64,000 nucleotides of DNA from Candidatus Binatus sp. (GTDB taxonomy: Bacteria; Desulfobacterota; Binatia; Binatales; Binataceae): positions 10,085 to 74,084 of the forward strand of contig NZ_DATCTO010000034.1 in the NCBI RefSeq assembly GCF_036567905.1, written 5' to 3'. Both the position numbers and the translations under genes were made by a program. Positions 10,351 through 19,846 of the stretch are shown here, in pieces. The notes under the pieces are model-generated. The model worked only from the letters and a program-made list of their open reading frames with translations. It was not told where the DNA came from and did no database searches. The first letter of the stretch is position 1, and the number at the start of each line of letters is the position of its first letter.

Positions 10351-11141
10351 TGCCGATTTATCTGTACATCGATCGCGGCACGTTCGTTCATCGGCTGCAC
10401 CCGACGGTCAAGGTGTTTGCGCTGTTCGTCATGTTCTGGTCGGTGTACTGGGTGGACAATCCGATCGCGCTGCTGATTCCGATCGGAGTGTTGATGCTGT
10501 GGGTCGCGCAGCTTACCGATTCGTGGCCGAACTTCTACCGTCTGCGATGGCTGTTCGCGATTCTGGTTTTCACCACGACGATTGCGTGGATGGTTTTCTA
10601 CCGGCGCGGTGCGGTGCTGGTGAATGTGCCGATTTTTCACGTCAGCAGGTTGTCGCTGGTATTTGGCGTCGGGCGCGGGATCAAGCTGGCGGAGCTGCTG
10701 GCGGCGTCGGTGCTGTTTCTTTCGACCACCAAGATCGAGGAGTTCACCTACGGACTGCAACGGATGCGGGTGCCGTATCGCGTCGGCTTCGCCATCTCGC
10801 TCTCATTCCGGTTGGTTCCGTTGTTTATCGACTCGGCCGTGACGATCGTCGATGCGCAGCGGCTGCGCGGCTACGATTTCAACCAGGGCGGACCGATCGA
10901 GCGCGTGCGGCGCTACGTGCCGGTGGTGATTCCGGTTTTTATGGGCGCGCTGCGCAAGGCCAATAACATGGCGATGGCTCTGGAAGCGCGCGGCTTCGGA
11001 TTCAGCCACGAGCCGACGACGTTTATCGAGTACCAGGTGACGCCCGCGGATATCGCGGCGTTCGCGTTTCTGATCGGACTCGGTGCGCTATACTTCATGC
11101 TCTACTGGACGGGGCTGGGCGGAATCGGTCCGCTGAAGTAG
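10350..11141 (+). CDS. ECF transporter transmembrane (T) component, CbiQ/EcfT family
   Basis: ATG at 10350 overlaps the upstream TGA (tgATG) and is in frame with track ORF 10140..11141. Sequence MPIYLYIDRGTFVHRLHPTVK...ALEARGFG. Confidence 0.8.
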   Translation: MPIYLYIDRGTFVHRLHPTVKVFALFVMFWSVYWVDNPIALLIPIGVLMLWVAQLTDSWPNFYRLRWLFAILVFTTTIAWMVFYRRGAVLVNVPIFHVSRLSLVFGVGRGIKLAELLAASVLFLSTTKIEEFTYGLQRMRVPYRVGFAISLSFRLVPLFIDSAVTIVDAQRLRGYDFNQGGPIERVRRYVPVVIPVFMGALRKANNMAMALEARGFGFSHEPTTFIEYQVTPADIAAFAFLIGLGALYFMLYWTGLGGIGPLK

Positions 11142-11199
11142 CGTACTACCCGGCCGCTGTTTACTATCGGCGAGTAAATCGACATCGCGAGGAACGGTA

Positions 11200-12249
11200 A
11201 TGAGTGCCAAATCAGAATTTCTGAAAAAACCGATCGAACACGTCGATATCACGCGCGAAAGCGTCGTGCCGATCGTCGAGGCGATGGGGCAGATGGCATA
11301 CAGCGCCCGCGACCTGCATCGCGCGGCGACGATTTACGATCGGATGCTGCGCGATCGCGACTGCGGCATAATCCTGTGCCTGGCGGGTTCGCTGATCAGC
11401 GCCGGACTGAAGCGGGTCTTCGCCGACATGATTCGCAATCACATGGTCGATGCGATCGTGAGCAGCGGCGCCAACATCGTCGATCAGGACTTCTTCGAGG
11501 CGCTCGGTTTCAGGCATTGGATGGCCGAGGACCGCTTCAAGTACGGGCTCGACGACGACCAGCTGCGCGGACTGCATATCGATCGCATCTACGACACGCT
11601 TATCGACGAAGACGAACTGCGCGTGTGCGACGAGACCACCCGGAAAATCGCCGACCGCCTCGACCCGCGGCCGTATTCGTCGCGCGAATTTGTCGGCGAG
11701 ATGGGCAAGTACCTGGCCGAGACGGGCGCGAAGACCGGCGCCAGCATCGTGCTCGAGGCGTATCGCGAGGAGGTGCCGATTTTCTGTCCTGCCTTCAGCG
11801 ACTGCTCGGCGGGCTTCGGGCTGGTGGCGCATCAGGCGGCGCGGCACGGGAAACCCAAGGTCTCGCTCGACAGCGCCAAGGATTTTTACGAGCTGACGCG
11901 GCTCAAAGTGAAGAACGAAACGACGGGCCTGTTCATGATCGGCGGCGGCGTGCCGAAAAATTTTGCACAGGATATCGTGGTCGCTGCCGAGGTGCTGGGG
12001 CATGACGTGCCGATGCATAAGTACGCGGTTCAGATCACCGTGGCCGACGTGCGCGATGGCGCGCTCTCGGGCAGCACGCTCAAAGAGGCCAGCAGTTGGG
12101 GCAAGGTCGATACGACTTACGAGCAGATGGTGTATTGCGAGGCGACGATCGCGGTGCCGCTTATCGTGGGCTACGCGTATCACAAGCGCGGATGGGAAGG
12201 GCGCACCTCGCGCAAGTGGAGCTCGGCGCTGGATAAGGACCCGATATAA
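11200..12249 (+). CDS. deoxyhypusine synthase family protein
   Basis: 349 aa; ...ILCLAGSLISAGL...AIVSSGANIVDQDFFEALG...GGGVPKNF... Confidence 0.85.
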   Translation: MSAKSEFLKKPIEHVDITRESVVPIVEAMGQMAYSARDLHRAATIYDRMLRDRDCGIILCLAGSLISAGLKRVFADMIRNHMVDAIVSSGANIVDQDFFEALGFRHWMAEDRFKYGLDDDQLRGLHIDRIYDTLIDEDELRVCDETTRKIADRLDPRPYSSREFVGEMGKYLAETGAKTGASIVLEAYREEVPIFCPAFSDCSAGFGLVAHQAARHGKPKVSLDSAKDFYELTRLKVKNETTGLFMIGGGVPKNFAQDIVVAAEVLGHDVPMHKYAVQITVADVRDGALSGSTLKEASSWGKVDTTYEQMVYCEATIAVPLIVGYAYHKRGWEGRTSRKWSSALDKDPI

Positions 12250-12275
12250 CGGGAAGGGTAGATCACTTTATTGAA

Positions 12276-12300
12276 TGTGAAACCCACCGTGGGTTTCACA
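12276..12300. terminator. perfect 11-bp-stem hairpin downstream of the DHS-like gene
   Basis: tgtgaaaccca-ccg-tgggtttcaca. There is no clear T-tract, so it may be a factor-dependent or bidirectional stop. Confidence 0.45.
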
Positions 12301-12539
12301 CTTCCTTGGGCATGGGCTGCGGCCCCTGCACCCGCAGTGAGAAGACGCGAAAATCTGCGCAGCGCATCTTTTCGCGACTACGCTATGGGTGACCCCTGCA
12401 CCCGGTATTAAAACAAAGACGCGGGCTTCGCCCTGTTAGAACAAGTAAAGGGGAAGAGTGGGATCACTCAGAGCGGCAGCCCCGACGCGACGTTAATTCG
12501 CATCGAACAGGTCTGCCGCTCCGCAGGCGAGATACCTTG

Positions 12540-12863
12540 CTAGTAGTTGCTGGTACTACTGTTCGAGGTATGCTCACTTGAGCTGCTACCGGGCGAGCCC
12601 TCGTTCGAACTCGAAGATGACGATGAGTGTTCGCTGGTTGTTGCTGGCGCCACGACTACCGGGGCCGGCACCACGACTACTGGGGCAGGTGCTACCATTA
12701 CCGGGGCCGGGACTACCGCGACGACCCCCGGGGCCGGCGCCGAAGTCGTGGTCTGGCTCGTCGAGCTTGTCGTGTCAGTGCTTTGAGCGAAGCCGACGGC
12801 TACGGTTCCGAACAGCACCGCGATCCCAAAAGACAGAGCTGCAGTTTTCAATGAGTGTCTCAC
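12540..12863 (-). CDS. small secreted low-complexity (Ser/Thr- and Pro/Ala/Val-rich) protein
   Basis: Track ORF 12540..12920. GTG at 12863 with GGAGA 8 nt upstream gives VRHSLKTAALSFGIAVLFGTVAVGFA (signal peptide). This is followed by STDTTSSTSQTTT, PAPVVV repeats and SSSSSS runs. Confidence 0.55.
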   Translation of the reverse strand: MRHSLKTAALSFGIAVLFGTVAVGFAQSTDTTSSTSQTTTSAPAPGVVAVVPAPVMVAPAPVVVVPAPVVVAPATTSEHSSSSSSSNEGSPGSSSSEHTSNSSTSNY

Positions 12864-13076
12864 AATGATATCTCCATTAGTTCTCGTGATGAGGGGTTCG
12901 ATGTAAGAGTAAGATTGCATTCAGCCGCATAGCAATGACGTTTGCGATGCTGACTGCAGTTTGAGTGCTTGGGAGAACTCCCTCGCCGCTTATTTCACAC
13001 GGCGTTGGAGAAACCTGACGATCTCGAAGAGATTGCCGCGCGCCCCCGGCTCTTAGCCAGGGTGATTCAGGAGGAA

Positions 13077-13469
13077 ATGGTGATGAGGATCGTAGTTATC
13101 GTCGCTCGTATTCTCTTGGGCCTGGTGTTCCTGGTCTTCGGTTTGAACGGGCTGCTGCATTTCATGCCGAATCCTCCGGAACCGCCGCCTGCGGCTGCGT
13201 TCTTCGGCGCGCTTTGGCAGACGCACTACATGTTCGCGCTGATTTCCGGGACCCAGGTTCTAGGAGGAGCGCTGCTTGTGCTGGGCGTGGCGGTGCCGTT
13301 TGCGCTGGTGATTCTGGCTCCCGTGCTGGTGAACATCGTCGCGTTCCACTTGTTTCTCTCACCGGCGATGTTGCCGATGGCGCTGGTGATGGCTGCGCTC
13401 GAGGCGATCCTGGCATGGCATTATCGCGCGGCGTTCGCGCCGTTGTTCGGCCCCGCCTCCCGTCCCTGA
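13077..13469 (+). CDS. DoxX-like membrane protein
   Basis: ATG 13077 is preceded by caggagg. The protein has four hydrophobic helices (MVMRIVVIVARILLGLVFLVFGLNGLLHF...). Confidence 0.6.
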   Translation: MVMRIVVIVARILLGLVFLVFGLNGLLHFMPNPPEPPPAAAFFGALWQTHYMFALISGTQVLGGALLVLGVAVPFALVILAPVLVNIVAFHLFLSPAMLPMALVMAALEAILAWHYRAAFAPLFGPASRP

Positions 13470-13573
13470 TCGAATTGCCGCGCGCGCCGGTTGCGGCTGA
13501 TTTTGCCCGCGCAGCCGCGCCGTGCTAATTATCACGGGCTAATTTCGGCGTACTTCTTCAGAAGGACGATGCG

Positions 13574-13846
13574 ATGCTGTTCGTGATTATCGGCCATGAC
13601 GGACCCGGCGGCGCTGCGCTGAGGCCGCGGGTAAGGCCGGCTCATCTCGACAATCTGCGGCCGCTGGATCGGGCCGGCAAGGTGAAGATCGCAGGGCCAT
13701 TCACCGACGGCAGCGGCAGTCTTATCATCGTGGATATGGAGAGCGAGGCGGAAGCGATCGCCTTTGCCAATAGCGATCCGTACACGACCGGCGGCGTGTT
13801 TGAGCGGGTTGAGGTGAAGCCGTTCCGGCAGGTTTTCCCGGAGTAG
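13574..13846 (+). CDS. YciI-family protein
   Basis: 90 aa; MLFVIIGHD...RPAHLDNL...AGPF...GSLIIVD...A..FANSDPY. Confidence 0.8.
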   Translation: MLFVIIGHDGPGGAALRPRVRPAHLDNLRPLDRAGKVKIAGPFTDGSGSLIIVDMESEAEAIAFANSDPYTTGGVFERVEVKPFRQVFPE

Positions 13847-13877
13847 AATTTAGCAATCTCTTATCGACGGAGTATCA

Positions 13878-15083
13878 ATGGCGGGAGCGTTATCCAGTTT
13901 AAAGATAGTTGAAGTGGGCGAGATGGTATCGGCGCCGTATTGCAGCAAGCTGCTGGCGGACATGGGCGCCGAGGTCGTCAAGATCGAACGGCCCGGCGCC
14001 GGTGATCGCGCGCGCACGCGCGGACCGTTTCCCGGCGATGTCGCGCATCCCGAGAAAAGCGGACTGTTCCTCTATCTCAACACCAACAAACGCGGCGTCA
14101 CGCTCGACGTCACGCAGCCCGAGGGCTTCGAGATCCTGGAGAAGCTGGTGGCGGATGCCGACATCCTGATTCACAACGTCACGCCGCCCGAGATGGATCG
14201 GGTCGGGCTCAGCTACGAGCGGATGCGCCGCGCGAATCCGAAGTTGATCATGACGTCGATCGTGCCGTTCGGACTGACGGGTCCGTATCGCAACTATCGC
14301 GCCGAGGATTTGACAACCTGGTGCGCGGGCGGCGTGTGCGTGCTCAACGGCGCCCCGCAGTTTCCGCAGTTGCCGCCGCTGAAAACCGCGGGACAGCAGG
14401 CGGGATACCAGGGCGGAGCGCATGGCGCGACCGCGACCATCGCGGCGGCGTTCGCGCAGCTTCGCGGCGGCACGGGGCAGCATGTCGAGGTCTCGCTGCA
14501 GGAATCGGTCGCCTCGATGCTCGAGATGACGTTCGAATACTGGCCGTATATGAAAATGCTGTCGACGCGGTGGGGGCAAAAGCCGCTGGCGCCGGTCGCG
14601 CCGATGCAGTGCAAAGACGGCTACATCTTTCTGTGCTGCATCGAAGAGCATCAGTGGCGCAACTTCGTGGAGATCATGGGCAATCCCGAATGGGCCGAAG
14701 AGGAGATTTTCAAGGATCGGCTGGTGCGCGCGGTGAACTGGGACGCGCTCAAAGTGTTGCTTGAACCATGGGTCGCCCAGCAGACCGTGCAGGATTTGTA
14801 TAAGAAGGCGCAGGCCAGGCGGGTGCCGTTCGCGCCGGTATCGACGATGGGCGATCTGATCAACTCGGAGCATCTCAAGGCGCGCGGATTTTTCGCCGAG
14901 ATCGCGCAGCCGGTGGCGGGCACGCACACGTATCCGGGCGCGCCACTGAAGTACGCGCGCACGCCGTGGGCAATTCGGCGGCCGGCGCCGACGCTGGGGC
15001 AGCATAATGCGGAAGTATTCAAGACACAGCTTGGGCTTTCGCCGGCGCGGCTCGACGAACTCAAGCGCAAAGGTGTGATTTAG
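13878..15083 (+). CDS. family III CoA-transferase (CaiB/BaiF)
   Basis: LKIVEVGEMVSAPYCSKLLADMGAEVVKIERPGAGD is a typical N-terminal signature. Confidence 0.9.
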   Translation: MAGALSSLKIVEVGEMVSAPYCSKLLADMGAEVVKIERPGAGDRARTRGPFPGDVAHPEKSGLFLYLNTNKRGVTLDVTQPEGFEILEKLVADADILIHNVTPPEMDRVGLSYERMRRANPKLIMTSIVPFGLTGPYRNYRAEDLTTWCAGGVCVLNGAPQFPQLPPLKTAGQQAGYQGGAHGATATIAAAFAQLRGGTGQHVEVSLQESVASMLEMTFEYWPYMKMLSTRWGQKPLAPVAPMQCKDGYIFLCCIEEHQWRNFVEIMGNPEWAEEEIFKDRLVRAVNWDALKVLLEPWVAQQTVQDLYKKAQARRVPFAPVSTMGDLINSEHLKARGFFAEIAQPVAGTHTYPGAPLKYARTPWAIRRPAPTLGQHNAEVFKTQLGLSPARLDELKRKGVI

Positions 15084-15085
15084 CG

Positions 15086-16330
15086 ATGGCGAAGCCTCCT
15101 CTGTCGGATATTCGAGTTTGCGATTTTACCTGGGTGTGGGCGGGACCATACTGCACCCTGCAACTGGCTCATCTTGGCGCCGAAGTGATCAGGATCGAGA
15201 CCAAGACGCGGCCATGCGTGACGCGGATGCTGCCGCCGTGGCCCGACGGCGTGTTCGACAGCATCAACAAGTCCGGCTACTTCAATCAATACAACCAGGG
15301 CAAGAAATCGCTGTCGTTGAATTTCAAGCATCCCGAGGCCAGGGAAGCGGCGTGGCGCCTGATCAAGCAGAGCGACGTGGTGATCAACAACTTCGCGGCG
15401 GGCGTTATCGACAAGATGGGTTTCGGCTACGAGGCGGTCAAGAAGGTCAATCCGAATGTAGTTATGATTACTCTGTCGGGCTACGGCGACACGGGACCGG
15501 AGAGCCATTACGTGTCGTACGGGCCGGCGCAGGTGCCGTTGTCGGGGCTGTCGGCGCTGACGGGGTATAGGGGATTTCCGCCGATGCACGCCGGCTTCAG
15601 CTACGCCGATCCCAACGCGGGAGTGCATGGCGCCTTCGCGGTGATAAGCGCGCTGTTCCATCGCGCGAAAACCGGCGAGGGACAATATATCGACATGAGC
15701 CAGTGGGAATGCGCGATCGACCTGCTGGCGGAGGGGCTTCTCGAGTACACGATGAACGGGCGCGAGCCCGAGCGAAATGGCAATCGCGATCCGCAGATGG
15801 CGCCGCACGGGAATTTCAAGTGCCTCGATCTGCCGGAGAAAATCCTCGACCAGATCGTCGATCAATGGGTGTCGATCGTATGCGCCGACGACGCCGAATG
15901 GGCGCGGCTGGCGCGTGCGATGGGCAAACCCGAGCTGGCCAGCGACTCGCGGTTCGCCACGCTTGCCGCGCGCAAGCTCAACGAAGACGCACTCGAAGCA
16001 ATAGTCACTCAGTGGACGGCGACGCGCAAAGTCGCGGATGTCGTGACGGCTCTGCAAGCGGCTGGAGTCGCGGCCGGAGCCTGCGCCGATGCCAAGTACC
16101 TTTCCGAGGATCCGCAGCTCAATGAGCGCGGCTACTTCGTCTATCGCGAGCACCCCTTGGTCGGCAAACGCCAGCATTGCGGAATCCCGTGGCGGATGAG
16201 CGGCACGCCGTGCGAAATCAAGACGGCGGCGCCCGTGCTGGGGCAGCATACCGATGAGGTGATGACGGGATTGCTCGACTACAGCGCGGCGGAAGTCGAA
16301 GCGATGCGCACGAAGGGCGCGCTGGACTGA
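15086..16330 (+). CDS. family III CoA-transferase (CaiB/BaiF), paralogue
   Basis: IRVCDFTWVWAGPYCTLQLAHLGAEVIRIE. It starts 3 nt after the previous stop. Confidence 0.9.
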   Translation: MAKPPLSDIRVCDFTWVWAGPYCTLQLAHLGAEVIRIETKTRPCVTRMLPPWPDGVFDSINKSGYFNQYNQGKKSLSLNFKHPEAREAAWRLIKQSDVVINNFAAGVIDKMGFGYEAVKKVNPNVVMITLSGYGDTGPESHYVSYGPAQVPLSGLSALTGYRGFPPMHAGFSYADPNAGVHGAFAVISALFHRAKTGEGQYIDMSQWECAIDLLAEGLLEYTMNGREPERNGNRDPQMAPHGNFKCLDLPEKILDQIVDQWVSIVCADDAEWARLARAMGKPELASDSRFATLAARKLNEDALEAIVTQWTATRKVADVVTALQAAGVAAGACADAKYLSEDPQLNERGYFVYREHPLVGKRQHCGIPWRMSGTPCEIKTAAPVLGQHTDEVMTGLLDYSAAEVEAMRTKGALD

Positions 16331-16344
16331 GGTTCAGAACCACG

Positions 16345-17187
16345 ATGCGGACGCTGAAAGTTTTAATCGACGGGCTTGCGTTTCCTGAAGGGCCGCGATG
16401 GCACAGCGGGAAATTGTTTTTCTCCGACATGCACGCGCATCAGGTGCTCGCGGTCGATATGGCGGGCAAGCGCGAAGTCGTCTGCGAGGCGCCGGCGCGG
16501 CCGTCGGGACTTGGATGGTTGCCGGATGGACGGATGCTCGTGGTGTCGATGAGGGATCGCAAGCTGATGCGTCTCGATCGCGACGGGCTGAAGATGGCCG
16601 CTGATTTGAGCATGCTGGCGCCATTTGATTGCAACGATATGGTGGTCGATGCGCGAGGGCGCGCCTACGTCGGCAACTTTGGATTCGATCTGCACGCGGG
16701 CGCGCAGCCGCGCGGGACCACGCTGGTGATGGTCGCTCCGGACGGCGTCGCGCGTATCGTGGCCGAGGAATTGATGTTCCCGAACGGGATGGTGATCACG
16801 CGGGACGGAAGGACGCTCGTCGCCGGCGAGTCATTCGCCGCCCGCTTGACGGCGTTCGATATCGGCGCGGACGGATCGCTGACGAATCGGCGCGTGTGGG
16901 CCGAGTTGGGAACCAGTCCGCCCGATGGAATTTGCCTGGACGCGGAGAATGCAATCTGGGTGGCGTGTCCGACGAAGTCGGAAGTCATTCGGGTGCGGCA
17001 GGGCGGCGAGGTCGCCGAGCGGATCAAGGTGGAGACGGACGCGTTCGCATGCATGCTCGGCGGCCCAGGCGGGCGGACGCTGTTTGTGGCGACGGCGCCG
17101 AGTTCCGATCCGGAGAAATGCCGCGCGACGCGGGGCGGAAAAATCGAAATCACGCAAGTGGAAGTGCCGCGAGCCGGCTTGCCGTGA
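16345..17187 (+). CDS. SMP-30/gluconolactonase/LRE-family protein
   Basis: LAFPEGPRWHSGKLFFSDM...PNGMVITRDGRTL... Confidence 0.8.
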   Translation: MRTLKVLIDGLAFPEGPRWHSGKLFFSDMHAHQVLAVDMAGKREVVCEAPARPSGLGWLPDGRMLVVSMRDRKLMRLDRDGLKMAADLSMLAPFDCNDMVVDARGRAYVGNFGFDLHAGAQPRGTTLVMVAPDGVARIVAEELMFPNGMVITRDGRTLVAGESFAARLTAFDIGADGSLTNRRVWAELGTSPPDGICLDAENAIWVACPTKSEVIRVRQGGEVAERIKVETDAFACMLGGPGGRTLFVATAPSSDPEKCRATRGGKIEITQVEVPRAGLP

Positions 17188-17239
17188 GCGCATGCAGAGG
17201 GCTGGCGTGAGGCCGGCCTGCGTGGCGTAATGAATTGCG

Positions 17240-18562
17240 ATGGCGCTTAGCGGGAACCACGACAATTTTCGCGCGCGGCGCAAGCGGATGCTGGAGGCGA
17301 TCGCGCCGGGCGCAACCGCGATCATGCCGAGCATGCCGGTGGCGGTGCGATCGGGCGATGTCGAGTTCGTTTATCGGCAAGACAGCGACTTCTACTACCT
17401 GACAGGATTCGCGGAGCCGGAATCAGTGGCGGTGCTTTCGCCGGGGCATCCGGACGGCGAGTTCGTGATGTTCGTGCGCCCGCGCGACAAGGAGCGCGAG
17501 ACGTGGACAGGCAGGCGCGCGGGAGTCGAGGGCGCGATCGTCGAGTACGGGGCGGACAAGGCCTACGTCATCGACGAACTTGAAAAGATTCTGCCGCGCT
17601 ACCTCGAAAAGACTGAACGCGTGCATTACCCGCTCGGACTGAACGAGAAGATGGATGAGCGGGTGCTGAAACTGATTCGATGGGCGCACACGATGCGGCC
17701 GCGAACCGGAGTGGGGCCGTCGTCGATAATCGATCCGCGCGACATTATTCACGAGGCGCGGGTAAAGAAGGAGCCGGCGGAGCTCGAGGCGATGCGGCGC
17801 GCGATGGCGATTTCGGCCGACGCGCACAAGCGCGCGATGATGAAGGCGCGCGGCGGAACGGGCGAGTGGCAGATAGAGGCGGAGATCGATTACGCGTTTC
17901 GCTCCAATGGGGCGACGGGTCCGAGCTATCCGTCGATCGTCGCGTCGGGACCCAACGCGGCGACGCTGCACTACATCAACAACGATCGCGAGATGCGCAC
18001 CGGCGAGCTGCTGCTGATCGACGCGGGTGCGGAGTACGACTTTTATGCCGCGGATATCACGCGCACGTCGCCGATCGGGGCGCGCTTCACGGGCTTGCAG
18101 CGCAGCCTGTACGAAATCGTGCTCGACGCGCAGCTCAAGGCGATCGACGCAATCAAACCGGGCGCCCATTTCGACCATCCGCACGAAGTTGCTCTGCGCG
18201 TGCTGGTTGATGGCATGCGTCAGCTCGGAATCCTGCATGGATCGGCCGAAGAGATAATCGAGAAGGGCGCCTATCAGCGCTATTACATGCATCGCACGGG
18301 TCACTGGCTCGGCATGGACGTGCATGACGTGGGGCTGTACCGGGTGAACGGCGCGTCGCGAGTGCTCGAACCCGGGATGGTGCTTACGGTCGAGCCGGGG
18401 TTGTACATCTGTCAGGACGACGAGGACGTTCCGGAAAGTTTCCGCGGAATAGGGATTCGAATCGAGGACGACGTGCTGGTGACGCCAGACGGCCGCGAAG
18501 TGATGACCGCGGCGACGCCGAAGTCGATTGCGGACATCGAAGCGCTCACCACGGCGCAATAG
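17240..18562 (+). CDS. pepP: Xaa-Pro aminopeptidase (M24B)
   Basis: AMP_N segment YRQDSDFYYLTGF, plus metal-ligand motifs DAGAEYDFYAADITRT, HRTGHWLGMDVHD and GIRIEDD. Confidence 0.9.
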   Translation: MALSGNHDNFRARRKRMLEAIAPGATAIMPSMPVAVRSGDVEFVYRQDSDFYYLTGFAEPESVAVLSPGHPDGEFVMFVRPRDKERETWTGRRAGVEGAIVEYGADKAYVIDELEKILPRYLEKTERVHYPLGLNEKMDERVLKLIRWAHTMRPRTGVGPSSIIDPRDIIHEARVKKEPAELEAMRRAMAISADAHKRAMMKARGGTGEWQIEAEIDYAFRSNGATGPSYPSIVASGPNAATLHYINNDREMRTGELLLIDAGAEYDFYAADITRTSPIGARFTGLQRSLYEIVLDAQLKAIDAIKPGAHFDHPHEVALRVLVDGMRQLGILHGSAEEIIEKGAYQRYYMHRTGHWLGMDVHDVGLYRVNGASRVLEPGMVLTVEPGLYICQDDEDVPESFRGIGIRIEDDVLVTPDGREVMTAATPKSIADIEALTTAQ

Positions 18563-18738
18563 TCATTCAATACTCACACCACGAATGACAAGTGCTGCGA
18601 GCGGACCACAACCGCCGGACTGGCGCCGAGTTGACGCTGGCGTGGCTATTGGGTAGCAATCGTAAACTTGCAAAGTCAAAAATGGAAATTCTGGTTCAAA
18701 TGAAAATCCCGGACGAAAGCGAACCTAAAGGACGATTG

Positions 18739-19512
18739 ATGACAACCACGAGCCCTTATTCGATTAGCAGGCGGGGGCTGTTACGGCTCGGCGCACTAAG
18801 CGTCCTGACGACCGCAGTCTCGCCAATGATCCGGCGCGACGAGGTGCTGGCGGCTGACGAAGTCTGCAACCCTGAGGCCCCCAGGACTCCTGCCACAGCG
18901 CTGACAGCTTTGATCGATGGCAACGCGCGGTGGGCGTTGGGAGACCAGGAGCACCCGGGCGAAGATACGGACCGTCGCGTGTGTCTTGCGAATCACCACC
19001 AGACTCCGTTCGCATCGATCCTTTCCTGCTCGGACTCACGAGTTCCGCCTGAGCTGATCTTTGATCAGGGTCTGGGCGATTTGTTTGTGGCGCGCGTGGC
19101 AGGCAATACGGCGAGCGGTAGATTGATCGACAGCCTGCTTTACGGCACGAACAATCTGGAGACTCCGGTTTTGTTCGTGCTTGGCCACTCTGTCTGTGGT
19201 GCGGTGACAACCGCGGTTAATAGCTTTCCGAAGAATCATAGCCTGCAATTTGTGAATCTGATCTTTCCGGCGGTCAAACAGGCCAGAGCTATCGTCAAGA
19301 AGAATGGCGGCAACCCGAACGATCCAGCGCTAGTGATCCCGCTCGCCACCAACCAGAATGTGCTCATCACTGTCGACCGGCTGCGAAGGCAGTTCAGAAG
19401 TCAAGTCAATGCGGGCACACTCCTGGTCGCCGGAGGAGTTTATGACCTCGGCACCCAGCTGGTTACGGTTCTGACCTATACGGTCGGCGCGACCGCGGGT
19501 CTGACTCAGTAG
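18739..19512 (+). CDS. Tat-exported beta-class carbonic anhydrase
   Basis: ATG 18739 with aaagga SD. Tat motif SRRGLLRLGA. CSDSRVPPE...ARVAGN...GHSVCGAV. Confidence 0.85.
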   Translation: MTTTSPYSISRRGLLRLGALSVLTTAVSPMIRRDEVLAADEVCNPEAPRTPATALTALIDGNARWALGDQEHPGEDTDRRVCLANHHQTPFASILSCSDSRVPPELIFDQGLGDLFVARVAGNTASGRLIDSLLYGTNNLETPVLFVLGHSVCGAVTTAVNSFPKNHSLQFVNLIFPAVKQARAIVKKNGGNPNDPALVIPLATNQNVLITVDRLRRQFRSQVNAGTLLVAGGVYDLGTQLVTVLTYTVGATAGLTQ

Positions 19513-19585
19513 CGAGGCGACGCTGCCGGATAGGTCGAGCGCATCGGTGTTGCCGGTCAGACCGAGACCATCGCGGAATTCGCGA

Positions 19586-19846
19586 TTAATACCATAGCCA
19601 CGAATGACAACTGCTGCGGTCGGCCTCGCAGGACGACACGCAATTGCCTATTTCGTTTCGGCAATAGAATTCGTCGTTACCATGTAGTTCGCATACCTGG
19701 TAATTGCGATTGCATTGGTACTGGCATTTGGTCTGCGCGTAGTCGCATCGATTCGCGCATCCCGCGGCGAACAGCGACGCCGCGGCGGCGGCGAGAAGAA
19801 AGATTTTCGCGCTCACGATTGAACAACGGCGCGAGCGCGCGGGCAT
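19586..19846 (-). CDS. small Cys-rich lipoprotein
   Basis: The ATG at 19846 shares one base with the TAA of the upstream MaoC gene (TAATG). Lipobox LFAAGC, then 8 further Cys in 56 residues. GTG 19816 is an alternative start. Confidence 0.5.
   Translation of the reverse strand: MPARSRRCSIVSAKIFLLAAAAASLFAAGCANRCDYAQTKCQYQCNRNYQVCELHGNDEFYCRNEIGNCVSSCEADRSSCHSWLWY

Noticed and set aside
12640-12740. GC-rich tandem repeats here, and those at 21945-22016 and 56868-56963, considered as CRISPR-like arrays
   Set aside because: All are in frame inside coding sequences, the units are contiguous with no spacers, and no cas genes are present.
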